From an uncultured delta proteobacterium (GTDB lineage Bacteria > Myxococcota > Myxococcia > SLRQ01): a stretch of 64,000 nt of DNA. Of this stretch, positions 34,754 through 42,558 are shown piece after piece (positions within the stretch are counted from its first letter, which is position 1; each line of letters opens with the position of its first letter). The stretch lies in assembly GCA_963727485.1 (NCBI GenBank), contig CAVSGM010000001.1, forward strand, positions 256,001 through 320,000, read 5' to 3'. A model generated the notes under the pieces. It had not been told where the DNA came from. It did no database searches and saw only the letters and a list, made by a program, of their open reading frames with translations. The translations under genes and the position numbers were made by a program.

Positions 34754-35392
34754 TCACAGGCAGGCCTCGGCGGTGTCGCTGCAGGAAGGGAAGCTGCTGC
34801 CGAACATTGCCCGGACGTTGTCGCCGAACGCCGAGATCAGGAAGGCGATCAGGGCCAGGATCGCCACCCCCTTCAGCACTCGGCCGGCCAGCCAGTGGGC
34901 GCCCCAGCGGCCCTGGCCCAGCGACCATCCCCGTCGCCCCAGGTACATCCCGGCACCGCCGGCAGCGGCCGCGATGGCGACCCACGGGGAGAGGACGGCG
35001 GCGGCGAGGTCCATGGCGTCATGCCAGGTGGCGGCAAAGGCCGCGCCGCCGACGAGGCCGTAGAGGGCCAGGCCGCCTACGGCGCCGGCGATGAGGGCCC
35101 AGAGGAGGAACGCGCCCCGGGCGCCGGCGAGGTGGCGGCGGGCGGCGCAGCGCAGCCGCCAGGCCCCCAGGCGCCGGGCACGGAAGAGGCCGTCGGTGAG
35201 GCGCCGGCGCCACCTGCGGCTCCGGGTCCAGGCGAGGTAGCCACCGGCGCCGGCGAGGGCGACGCCGAGGCCGACGCTGAGCACCTCGCCCGAGCCGTGC
35301 CCGCCCAACACGACGTCGGGCTTCAGGGCGACGCCGGCGACCACCCCGGCGATCAGGGAGGCGACGGGCATCTTGAGTGAACCGACGGTCAT
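34754..35392 (-). CDS. Hypothetical membrane protein (paralog array member 2)
   Basis: GGAGG SD; about 5 TM segments; shares LxRARRLxAW..RCA with the 35606 gene; ends AFGDNVRAMFGSS. Confidence 0.6.
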   Translation of the reverse strand: MTVGSLKMPVASLIAGVVAGVALKPDVVLGGHGSGEVLSVGLGVALAGAGGYLAWTRSRRWRRRLTDGLFRARRLGAWRLRCAARRHLAGARGAFLLWALIAGAVGGLALYGLVGGAAFAATWHDAMDLAAAVLSPWVAIAAAAGGAGMYLGRRGWSLGQGRWGAHWLAGRVLKGVAILALIAFLISAFGDNVRAMFGSSFPSCSDTAEACL

Positions 35393-35523
35393 CGGGAGGT
35401 GCCTCCCACGGCGAGGGCCGGGACCGGGCGACCGGGCTCGGGCGCGGTCAGAAGGACCGTCGGGCGAGGGGTGCGGGTGGCGTTCGACATGACCCGAGCA
35501 TGACGCGCCCGGCCGCCCTCGAA

Positions 35524-35549
35524 AATCGGCCAGACGTCCGTCGGACGAA
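35524..35549 (-). promoter_or_regulatory. Shared 26-bp upstream element, copy 1
   Basis: AATCGGCCAGACGTCCGTCGGACGAA (+ strand), containing palindrome CGTCCG-T-CGGACG. Confidence 0.7.
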
Positions 35550-35605
35550 CGTTCGTCGGTCGGTTGACGTACCCGCTCCCGCACCGACCGCCACGGGGCC
35601 CGCCG

Positions 35606-36151
35606 TCACTGCGTGCCGCCGTGGAGGCGGGCGAAGGTCTCGAGGTTGAGGTGGCCGTCGAGGCGCTGGGACCGCGAGCGCGCGGCGTCCTGCTCCGCCT
35701 CGTACATCGCCTGACCCAGCTGGCAGCTCGGATGGGCGCCGAAGAGCTCGCGCAGGCGTGGACCGATCACCATCGCGGTCGCCTGGGTCGCCAGGGCGAG
35801 CACGGTCACCGCGCCGACCGCCGCGAGGCAACCGCGGACCAGGGGCCAGACCCGGCGCGGCCGCGCGGCCCGCCGGAGTCGGCGCCGCTCGCGGGCGCAG
35901 CGGTGGTTCCAGGCGGCAAGGCGTCGGGCGCGGTAGAGCGCGTCGAGGCCCCGGCGGCGCAGGCGCCGTGTCCCGGCCCAGAGGGCGGCGGCCGCCACCC
36001 CCGCCAGGAGCGCCGCCAGGTACGCCGGCGCCAGGGCGAAGCCCGCGACCATCCCCACGACCAGGGCGGCGCCGGCGCGCTTCGCCGCCGGGGCCCGGGC
36101 GTCGGTGGCCTGGAGGGGGACGGGCGGGGTGCGCTGGGGGGCAGCTCTCAT
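35606..36151 (-). CDS. Hypothetical membrane protein (paralog array member 3)
   Basis: ATG 36151 with GGAG SD; homologous blocks to both downstream genes; in frame with the upstream ORF as assembled. Confidence 0.55.
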   Translation of the reverse strand: MRAAPQRTPPVPLQATDARAPAAKRAGAALVVGMVAGFALAPAYLAALLAGVAAAALWAGTRRLRRRGLDALYRARRLAAWNHRCARERRRLRRAARPRRVWPLVRGCLAAVGAVTVLALATQATAMVIGPRLRELFGAHPSCQLGQAMYEAEQDAARSRSQRLDGHLNLETFARLHGGTQ

Positions 36152-36185
36152 GGTGGCGCTCCGGCAGGGGTGGGGGCGACGAGCT

Positions 36186-37048
36186 TCAGGGTCCCCGGCC
36201 GGGCCCGGGACCGGGGCGGGGTGGGCGGCGGGTCGGTGTCGAGGCGCAGGCACCGGGCGCCGTCGGTGCAGGGGCGATTCGAGCTCGGCCCCGCCGGCGT
36301 TCGAGGCCAGAGGTGAGCACGCGAGGTGCGCCCCGGGCTCCATCCCCCCGTGGCTCAGTTCGAGCTTGCAGAGCCGGGGGTGATGGCCCAGCCCGGCGAC
36401 GAGCCCGGTCTGGGCGTCGAATCGCCAGAGGTCGGCCTGGGCGTCGGCGTCGTTGGTGTAGGGCGAAAGGTCGACGCGCCCGTGGGGGCGGTAGGCGACC
36501 GTCTCGGAGACCAGGAGCCGGGTGGCGACGCCCTTGGCCCGAAAGGGGCCCACGGTGACCCGGACCTCGTGCCTCGGGGCGCGGTACCCGACCACCTGGC
36601 ACCGCTCGTCGAGGCGCACCGGGTGGCCGGGGAAGGCGGCGCGGACCCGGGCGAGGGCGTCGTGGTCCCAGTGCCAGGCGAGGAGGCCGAAGGGTCCGCA
36701 GGGCAGGCGCACGGGCCCGCTGTCGGTGCCGTGGTCGATGTGGCGCCAGGTGCGGTAGCTCGCGTCCGCGCTCCCGGCCACCAGGAGCCCGAAGCACACG
36801 GCGACGAAGGTCAGGGTGCGACGGCCGCGCCGCCCGGCCCGGTGGCCCCGCCAGGTCCAGGCCAGCACGCCGCCGGCCACCAGCTCCAGGATCGCCAGCG
36901 TCGTGCCGTAGGCGCCGTCGAGGTGACGGTAGGCGGCCCAGGGGAGGACCAGGAGCACCGCCGCGGAGACGAGGGCGATGGCCCCGCCCAGGACGAAGGC
37001 GAAGGTCCCGAGGGAGTTCGGGGGATCGGTGCGGGGTGCGGTTTCCAT
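36186..37048 (-). CDS. Hypothetical protein, 3 TM plus one RAAFPG repeat domain; 3' end uncertain (reads through into 35606-36151 as assembled)
   Basis: METAPRT start; three TM helices; DALARVRAAFPG domain; TGA at 36186 is reached only with a frameshift. Confidence 0.5.
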
Positions 37049-37076
37049 GGGGTCTCCGGTGGACGGCGCGGTGGGT

Positions 37077-39161
37077 TCAGCCTCCCGAGGCCGGGGTGGC
37101 ACCCGGGAGGCCCGGGACGCGGAGCTTGGCGCAGGGCTTGGGCACCTCGGGCATCTTGTCGCCGCTCGCCTCGACGACCGCCGCGTCGATGGGACAGCGG
37201 TTCTTCACCATCACGTCCGGGCGCATCAGGGTCACCCCGGCCTCCGCCACCCGCCGGGGCTCGCAGTACACCGCGGCGAAGGCCGGGGCGTTGGCGATGC
37301 CGGCGCTGTTGAGCACGCAGAGGCGCGGACCCTTCGCCGGCCGGGGACGGAAGCGGTGGCTCCGGTCGACCCGGCGCGCCAGGGCCCGGGCCGCCGCGAG
37401 GGTCGAGAGCGGCGAGAGGGAGACCCGGGGTGCCGAGAGGCTGCCCTCTACCACCACGTCCACGGTGAGGACGAGGTCGGTGCGCCCGTGGTGGAAGCGG
37501 CCGACCTCGGCCCAGAGCCGTCGGGTGGTGCCCTGGGCCCGGCAGCCTTCGGTGAGGGCCACCATCTTGCCGGGGAAGGCGGCCCGCACCCGCGCCAGGG
37601 CCAGGCGGCGCCAGGCGTCGGTGTCGGGGCCGCAGCGGGAGTCCAGGGAGCCGAGGGGGCCGGGGTCGTCCCGGGCGGAGGCAGAGCGGGGCGGGGGCGC
37701 CGGGTGCCGGGGCACCTCGGGGACGCCCCGGCCGGAGATGGTGACGCAGTTCCACCCGCCGATGCGGCACGCCCGGCCGGCGTCGAGGGTCTGCTGGTGG
37801 AAGACGTCGAGGTCGACGTCCTTCCACAGGAGCAGCGCGGTGCCCACCTGCCCCGCCTCGGCGGGGACACACCGGGCGGTCCAGCTCCCGATCCCGTCGG
37901 GGGTGCCGGGTCGCGACGGGTCGTCGCCGGGCTCCACCACGCACAGGTGCGCGGCGCCGCTCCGGGCGTCGAGGGCCCGGAGCACCTGGCGGGCGGCGCC
38001 GAGGTCGGCGAAGGGCCGGATGTGGACCTGGGTCTCGCGCCCGTGGCCGGTGACCGAGACGTGGAGATCGAGGATGAAGCTCGAGCCCACGCCCCGGGCG
38101 GTGACCCGGCCGGCGCGGATCCAGAAGATGCCCGCCGGTGGGTGGTCGATGGCGTCGTCCTGGTCGGGCACGGTGCGGCGTACCGTCAGGCCGGGAAAGG
38201 CGGCGCGGGTCCGGGCGAGGGCGAGGCGTGCGGCCTTGGGCCCCTGGCGAAGCGCGGGCTTCGGAGGCGGGATCGCGGCCGGCGCGGAGGGGCGGGTGAA
38301 CTCGGAGAGGCTCCGGTGGTGCACGAGCGGCATGGTGAGGCAGGGCGAGCCGACGGTGAAGCCGCAGTCGCCCACGTCGAGGGCGTGGCCGAAGAGGAAC
38401 CCGGTGCCGGCGTCGGAGGTCAGGTTGCAGCCGATCTCCTCCGTGCCCGCGTCGGTGAGGCAGTCCACGTGCCTGTCCCCGAAGGCGAGGCGGACCCGGT
38501 CGCTCCGGGCGAGCCGGCGCAGGGCCTTCCGGGCCGCGGCGAGGTCGGCGTAGGGCGCCAGCGGCCGCGGCGTCCCCTCATCGTCGACCGGGGCGCTGGC
38601 CTGGACGTAGAGGCGGACGTGGAGCCCGGGGACCACCACCGGGCCGACCTTGTAGCCGAGGTCCCAGTGGTCGTCGTCGTAGAGGGGACGGTCGTCGGTC
38701 TCCATCTGCAGGCCCGGGAAGGCGGCCCGGATCCGGGCCCGCACCGCCGGGAGCGCCTCGCAGGGCTCGGTGTCGCCGTCGCAGGACGGACCGGCGAAGG
38801 TCTTCAGGCGGCGGTGCTCGTCCACGCCGGGCGCCAGCTTCACGGGGAGGCGCGGGGAGCCATCGTCGCTCGGCCAGTCCCCGTGGAACCAGGTGGCCCC
38901 GTCCACGAGGAGGAACCCGCCGACCGTCAGGCCCAGGGCCAGCGCGGTCCAGCCCAGCCCCCGGAGCACCGACCACCAGGGGCTGAAGGGGTTGGGGGCG
39001 ACGAGGAAGGCGGCCAGGAAGGTGAGTGCGCCAATCGCCAGGGTCCAGATCCCGGCGAGCACCGGCCAACCCAGGGCGCTCCCGGCGAGCCAGCCGACGA
39101 GGACGCTCGCCCCGAGCACGCGGAGGAGAAAGGCGAGGCGTCGGCGGAGGGGGGTGTTCAT
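37077..39161 (-). CDS. Hypothetical protein, 3 TM plus three tandem Cys-containing RAAFPG repeat domains
   Basis: Long ORF; N-terminal TM helices; RIRAAFPG / RTRAAFPG / RVRAAFPG each followed by P-x-(A/S)(D/T)LxAAR. Confidence 0.7.
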   Translation of the reverse strand: MNTPLRRRLAFLLRVLGASVLVGWLAGSALGWPVLAGIWTLAIGALTFLAAFLVAPNPFSPWWSVLRGLGWTALALGLTVGGFLLVDGATWFHGDWPSDDGSPRLPVKLAPGVDEHRRLKTFAGPSCDGDTEPCEALPAVRARIRAAFPGLQMETDDRPLYDDDHWDLGYKVGPVVVPGLHVRLYVQASAPVDDEGTPRPLAPYADLAAARKALRRLARSDRVRLAFGDRHVDCLTDAGTEEIGCNLTSDAGTGFLFGHALDVGDCGFTVGSPCLTMPLVHHRSLSEFTRPSAPAAIPPPKPALRQGPKAARLALARTRAAFPGLTVRRTVPDQDDAIDHPPAGIFWIRAGRVTARGVGSSFILDLHVSVTGHGRETQVHIRPFADLGAARQVLRALDARSGAAHLCVVEPGDDPSRPGTPDGIGSWTARCVPAEAGQVGTALLLWKDVDLDVFHQQTLDAGRACRIGGWNCVTISGRGVPEVPRHPAPPPRSASARDDPGPLGSLDSRCGPDTDAWRRLALARVRAAFPGKMVALTEGCRAQGTTRRLWAEVGRFHHGRTDLVLTVDVVVEGSLSAPRVSLSPLSTLAAARALARRVDRSHRFRPRPAKGPRLCVLNSAGIANAPAFAAVYCEPRRVAEAGVTLMRPDVMVKNRCPIDAAVVEASGDKMPEVPKPCAKLRVPGLPGATPASGG

Positions 39162-39196
39162 GGTCCCCAAGCTTCCGGCGTCGGTCGCCACGCGAC

Positions 39197-39222
39197 AATC
39201 GGCCGACCGTCCGTCGGACGAA
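39197..39222 (-). promoter_or_regulatory. Shared 26-bp upstream element, copy 2
   Basis: AATCGGCCGACCGTCCGTCGGACGAA (+ strand). Confidence 0.7.
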
Positions 39223-39532
39223 TGACCGTTGGACAATCGTCCGATGCGTCGTCGTGCCATCTGGCAGTCCGTCAAAGTGCCATACGGCAGACTGGCGTCA
39301 GCGCGGGCCCACCCCGTTCAGGGGGGCGCAGCCGAGCCACCACCCGGGCACCACGGGGACCCGGCTCACCCGGAGCCGCACCACCCGGTCGCCGCCGCCA
39401 GCGCCACAACGAGCCCCAGGTCCACGACCAGGATCCACTGGTGCACCCGGAGGCCCACGACCACAGCCCCGCGGAGAGGAGGGCCAGGAGCGCCGTGGTG
39501 GCGGCCAGGAGGGCGGTGCGCACCGGGCCTGC

Positions 39533-39937
39533 CTAGGGTCCGTCGCGCCCGGCGCGGAAGTAGCGCTCGATGGCCGAGGGCTTGTCGGCGCCGGGGCCGG
39601 TGTAGCGCTGGAGCTTCGGGCCCGCCGGCGCCGGCCTGGCCGCGGGCGCGTCGGGGTCATAGGCCTTGAGCGTCCGGTGGTCCGGTTTCGAGGCCGGCGG
39701 GGGCGCGCCGACCGGTGCCGGCCGGGACGGCTCCACCCCCGAGAAATCCGCGGTGCGGGCGCCGAAGAGCCGGCGGATCTGGGGGGCGAAGAGCACCATC
39801 CCGGCCCACAGCACCAGGACCAGGATGCCGACGGCGGCGAGGGCCTCGCGCCAGAGGCGGCGGCGGCGCGGGGCGGGCGTGGGGGGCGCCGGGGTCGCGG
39901 CGGGATCGGGCGGGGGGATAGCGGGGCCGGGGGACAT
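39533..39937 (-). CDS. Hypothetical single-TM protein (paralog array member 4)
   Basis: RRRLWREALAAVG..TM..FAPQIRRLFGA; Pro-rich flanks; same upstream element as other array genes. Confidence 0.6.
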   Translation of the reverse strand: MSPGPAIPPPDPAATPAPPTPAPRRRRLWREALAAVGILVLVLWAGMVLFAPQIRRLFGARTADFSGVEPSRPAPVGAPPPASKPDHRTLKAYDPDAPAARPAPAGPKLQRYTGPGADKPSAIERYFRAGRDGP

Positions 39938-39970
39938 GGCCCGACCCTGCCGGATCCGGAAATCCCCGGC

Positions 39971-39996
39971 AATCGGTCACCCGACCGTCGGGCGAT
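39971..39996 (-). promoter_or_regulatory. Shared 26-bp upstream element, copy 3
   Basis: AATCGGTCACCCGACCGTCGGGCGAT (+ strand), 20/26 identical to copy 2. Confidence 0.6.
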
Positions 39997-40050
39997 CGAC
40001 CAATCCCGGGAGACCGCCCGCCGCTCTCGCCACCCGCCCCCGGCCGGGGA

Positions 40051-41424
40051 TCAGGCGGGCTCGGCCGCCGGGGCCGCAGGCGCATCCCCACCGGAGGCGC
40101 CGTGGGGCTTGTCGTTCCACAGGCGGGTCATGATGAACGCGCCGATGAGCGAGAAGGGCACGATGGCCCAGGTCCACACGTGCCACCCGAAGTGGTCGAG
40201 GAGGACGCCCATGAGGATGCTGGTGAAGCCACTGGCCACGTACTGGATTCCGTCGAGCATCCCCGCGGCGCTGGCGGCGCCCTTCTTGCCGCCGAAGTCC
40301 ATGGAGGCGGTGCCCGAGAGCATCCCGTGGACCCCGAAGATCCAGGTGCAGGCGAAGCCGATGCCCAGGGCGGCGAGGAGGTCGCTGTGGACCAGGCCGA
40401 GGGCGACGATGGCCACCACCTGCATCAGGTAGAAGAAGAACGCCACCGGCGGCCGCCGCGACTGGAAGAACCGGTCGGAGAGCCAGCCGGCCAGGAGCCC
40501 GCCGACGATGCCGCCGACGGTGATGCTCGCGGTGGCGTAGTTGAACAGGGTGCTCCCGGGGGTGATGTGGTGCACCGTGGACAGCCACTCGGGGAAGAAG
40601 AAGAGGATCGACTGGCGGACGAAGCCGGTGCAGAACTCGGCGGCCATCAGGGTCAGCAGCACCGGGTTGGTGAACACCTTCCGGACGATGTACTTGAAGT
40701 CGACCGGGGTCTCGTCGCCGTCGGAGGCGTCGGCGGTGGAGAAGTCGTCGTAGCCCGCGTCCGAGGGCTTGTCCCGGACGAAGAGGAACGAGAGCACGAA
40801 CATCACCATCATGGCGATGCTGGGGAAGAAGAAGGTGAAGTACCAGGGGAAGATGTCCGGGTGCTTCATGATCCACCCGGCGGTGGACAGGGCCATCACG
40901 TAGCCCAGCGAGATCATGATCCCGAAGATCCCTCCGAACACCCCGCGCTCGTTCACGTGGAACCAGGGGGCGTTGACCTTCACCACGCTCATCGCCCCGA
41001 AGCTCTGGAAGAACATGTTGGCCGCGTAGAGCAGGCCCATGAGCAGCACCAGGTGGCTGGTGAAGCCGCCGAAGAAGAGCAGGCCGATGGCGAGGTTGAA
41101 GGTCGCCGCGCCCACCGCGCCGAGGAGGATCGCCTTGCGCCCGCCGATCTTGTCGGCGATGGGGCCGTTGACCAGCTCCGAGAGGGCGTACATCCAGAAG
41201 CCCGCGGCGGCGATCCAGCCGAACTGGGCCTGGCTGCCCCCGAGGAAGGTGGTCTCGATGTGGTGCTTGACGACGTTGACGTTGTAGCGACCCATGTAGA
41301 AGGTCGCGTAGGTCAGCCCCAGGAGGAACCAGTTCACGAACCGCCGGATCCGGTAGGCGGAGGAGTGGTTGGGAAAGCCGCGGGCGGGTGCGGCGGTCTC
41401 GAGGCTCGGGCTGATGTCGGTCAT
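40051..41424 (-). CDS. MFS transporter, organophosphate:Pi antiporter (GlpT/UhpT-like) family
   Basis: YATFYMGRYN, GPIADKIGGRK, WFHVNERG, GWLSDRFF..RR, AAGMLDG; about 12 TM. Confidence 0.88.
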   Translation of the reverse strand: MTDISPSLETAAPARGFPNHSSAYRIRRFVNWFLLGLTYATFYMGRYNVNVVKHHIETTFLGGSQAQFGWIAAAGFWMYALSELVNGPIADKIGGRKAILLGAVGAATFNLAIGLLFFGGFTSHLVLLMGLLYAANMFFQSFGAMSVVKVNAPWFHVNERGVFGGIFGIMISLGYVMALSTAGWIMKHPDIFPWYFTFFFPSIAMMVMFVLSFLFVRDKPSDAGYDDFSTADASDGDETPVDFKYIVRKVFTNPVLLTLMAAEFCTGFVRQSILFFFPEWLSTVHHITPGSTLFNYATASITVGGIVGGLLAGWLSDRFFQSRRPPVAFFFYLMQVVAIVALGLVHSDLLAALGIGFACTWIFGVHGMLSGTASMDFGGKKGAASAAGMLDGIQYVASGFTSILMGVLLDHFGWHVWTWAIVPFSLIGAFIMTRLWNDKPHGASGGDAPAAPAAEPA

Positions 41425-41596
41425 CGTCCGCCGTCATACCGGACCGGTCCCGTGCGGCGCAACCGAGCCGCCGGGCCAATCGGGCCCTGCGCCGACCCCG
41501 GCGAAGCGGGTACAATCCCCCCGGCCGGCAGGTCGCCGGGCCAAAGCCATCGCCCGCCCCACCGGGCCGCCGCACCCACGCCGAAAGGGGGAAGTC

Positions 41597-42034
41597 ATGC
41601 GCCAGCGCCTGATCCCGGTCCTCTTGACCCTGGCCCTCGCCGCCGCCGCGGCCCCACGCCCGGCCCGGGCCGCGACCCGCATCGGCCTCGGCGCCGACTA
41701 CCACCTCGCCGGCCAGGGGATCTTCCAGCTCACCCTCGACGTGGACACACCGCTGGCCCGGCACCTCTCGGTGGGCGGGCGCTTCGGGGCGATGCTGTCG
41801 AGCACGCCCACCACCTTCGGGGTTCCGCTGGATCTCTACCTGCGCCTGCGGATCCGGCGCATCTACGTCCAGGGCCTGGTGGGGCCGTGGATCTTCTTCG
41901 GGGGCCCCTCGGTGCGCGTCCACGCCGCCTTCGGCTTCGGCCTCGAGGCGGGGGGCGGGCTCTCGGTGGGCCTGGAGGTCGGCTGGCTCGACCCCTCGGC
42001 GATCATCGGCCTGCGGCTGGCCTGGCGGATCTAG
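41597..42034 (+). CDS. Small outer-membrane beta-barrel-like protein
   Basis: Signal peptide ending ARA; alternating amphipathic beta strands; C-terminal GLRLAWRI. Confidence 0.65.
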   Translation: MRQRLIPVLLTLALAAAAAPRPARAATRIGLGADYHLAGQGIFQLTLDVDTPLARHLSVGGRFGAMLSSTPTTFGVPLDLYLRLRIRRIYVQGLVGPWIFFGGPSVRVHAAFGFGLEAGGGLSVGLEVGWLDPSAIIGLRLAWRI

Positions 42035-42049
42035 GGCGCCCCGGCTCCG

Positions 42050-42457
42050 TCAGAGGGCGGCGAGGGCGGCGCGAATCGCCTCGGGGACCGGCACCGCCTT
42101 CATGGTGCGGTAGTCGACGATCACCACCGTCCCCTCGGCGACGGCCAGCGGCGTGTCCTCGTCCTCGGCCCGGGCCACCGCGTACTCGGTGACCACGCTC
42201 GACCGGCCGAGCTTCGCCACCCGCACCCCCACCACCAGGTCCGCCGGGTACACCACCGGCCGGCGGTAGGTGCAGGAGGTGGAGGCGAGGACCGGGCCCA
42301 CGGGGTCGCCGGGGCGGGCGGCGAGCGCCAGGCGCTCGAAGAGCGCGATGCGCGCCGACTCGAACCAGGTGAAGTACCGGGCGTTGTTGGCGTGGCCCAG
42401 GGCGTCCATCTCGCCCCAGTGCATGGGAAACCGGATGGTGATCGGGTAGCCGTCCAT
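42050..42457 (-). CDS. Acyl-CoA thioesterase (4HBT/YbgC hotdog fold)
   Basis: WGEMDALGHANNARYFTWFESAR. Confidence 0.92.
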   Translation of the reverse strand: MDGYPITIRFPMHWGEMDALGHANNARYFTWFESARIALFERLALAARPGDPVGPVLASTSCTYRRPVVYPADLVVGVRVAKLGRSSVVTEYAVARAEDEDTPLAVAEGTVVIVDYRTMKAVPVPEAIRAALAAL

Positions 42458-42558
42458 GGCGCCCGAGGGTATCGCCGGGACCCTTCGGGCGCCACGGTAG
42501 GGGCCCCCGCGGCGCCCGCGGACCCCGGCGGTGCTATCGTTCCCCCCTGGAGCCCGCC

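Noticed and set aside
35606..37102. Single 498-aa fusion protein
   Set aside because: The junction is low-complexity and a separate SD + ATG exists at 36151; more likely two genes joined by an indel, though a true fusion is not excluded.
39197..39297. Short repeats as a CRISPR array
   Set aside because: Only two or three short imperfect palindromes, no constant repeat-spacer structure and no cas genes.
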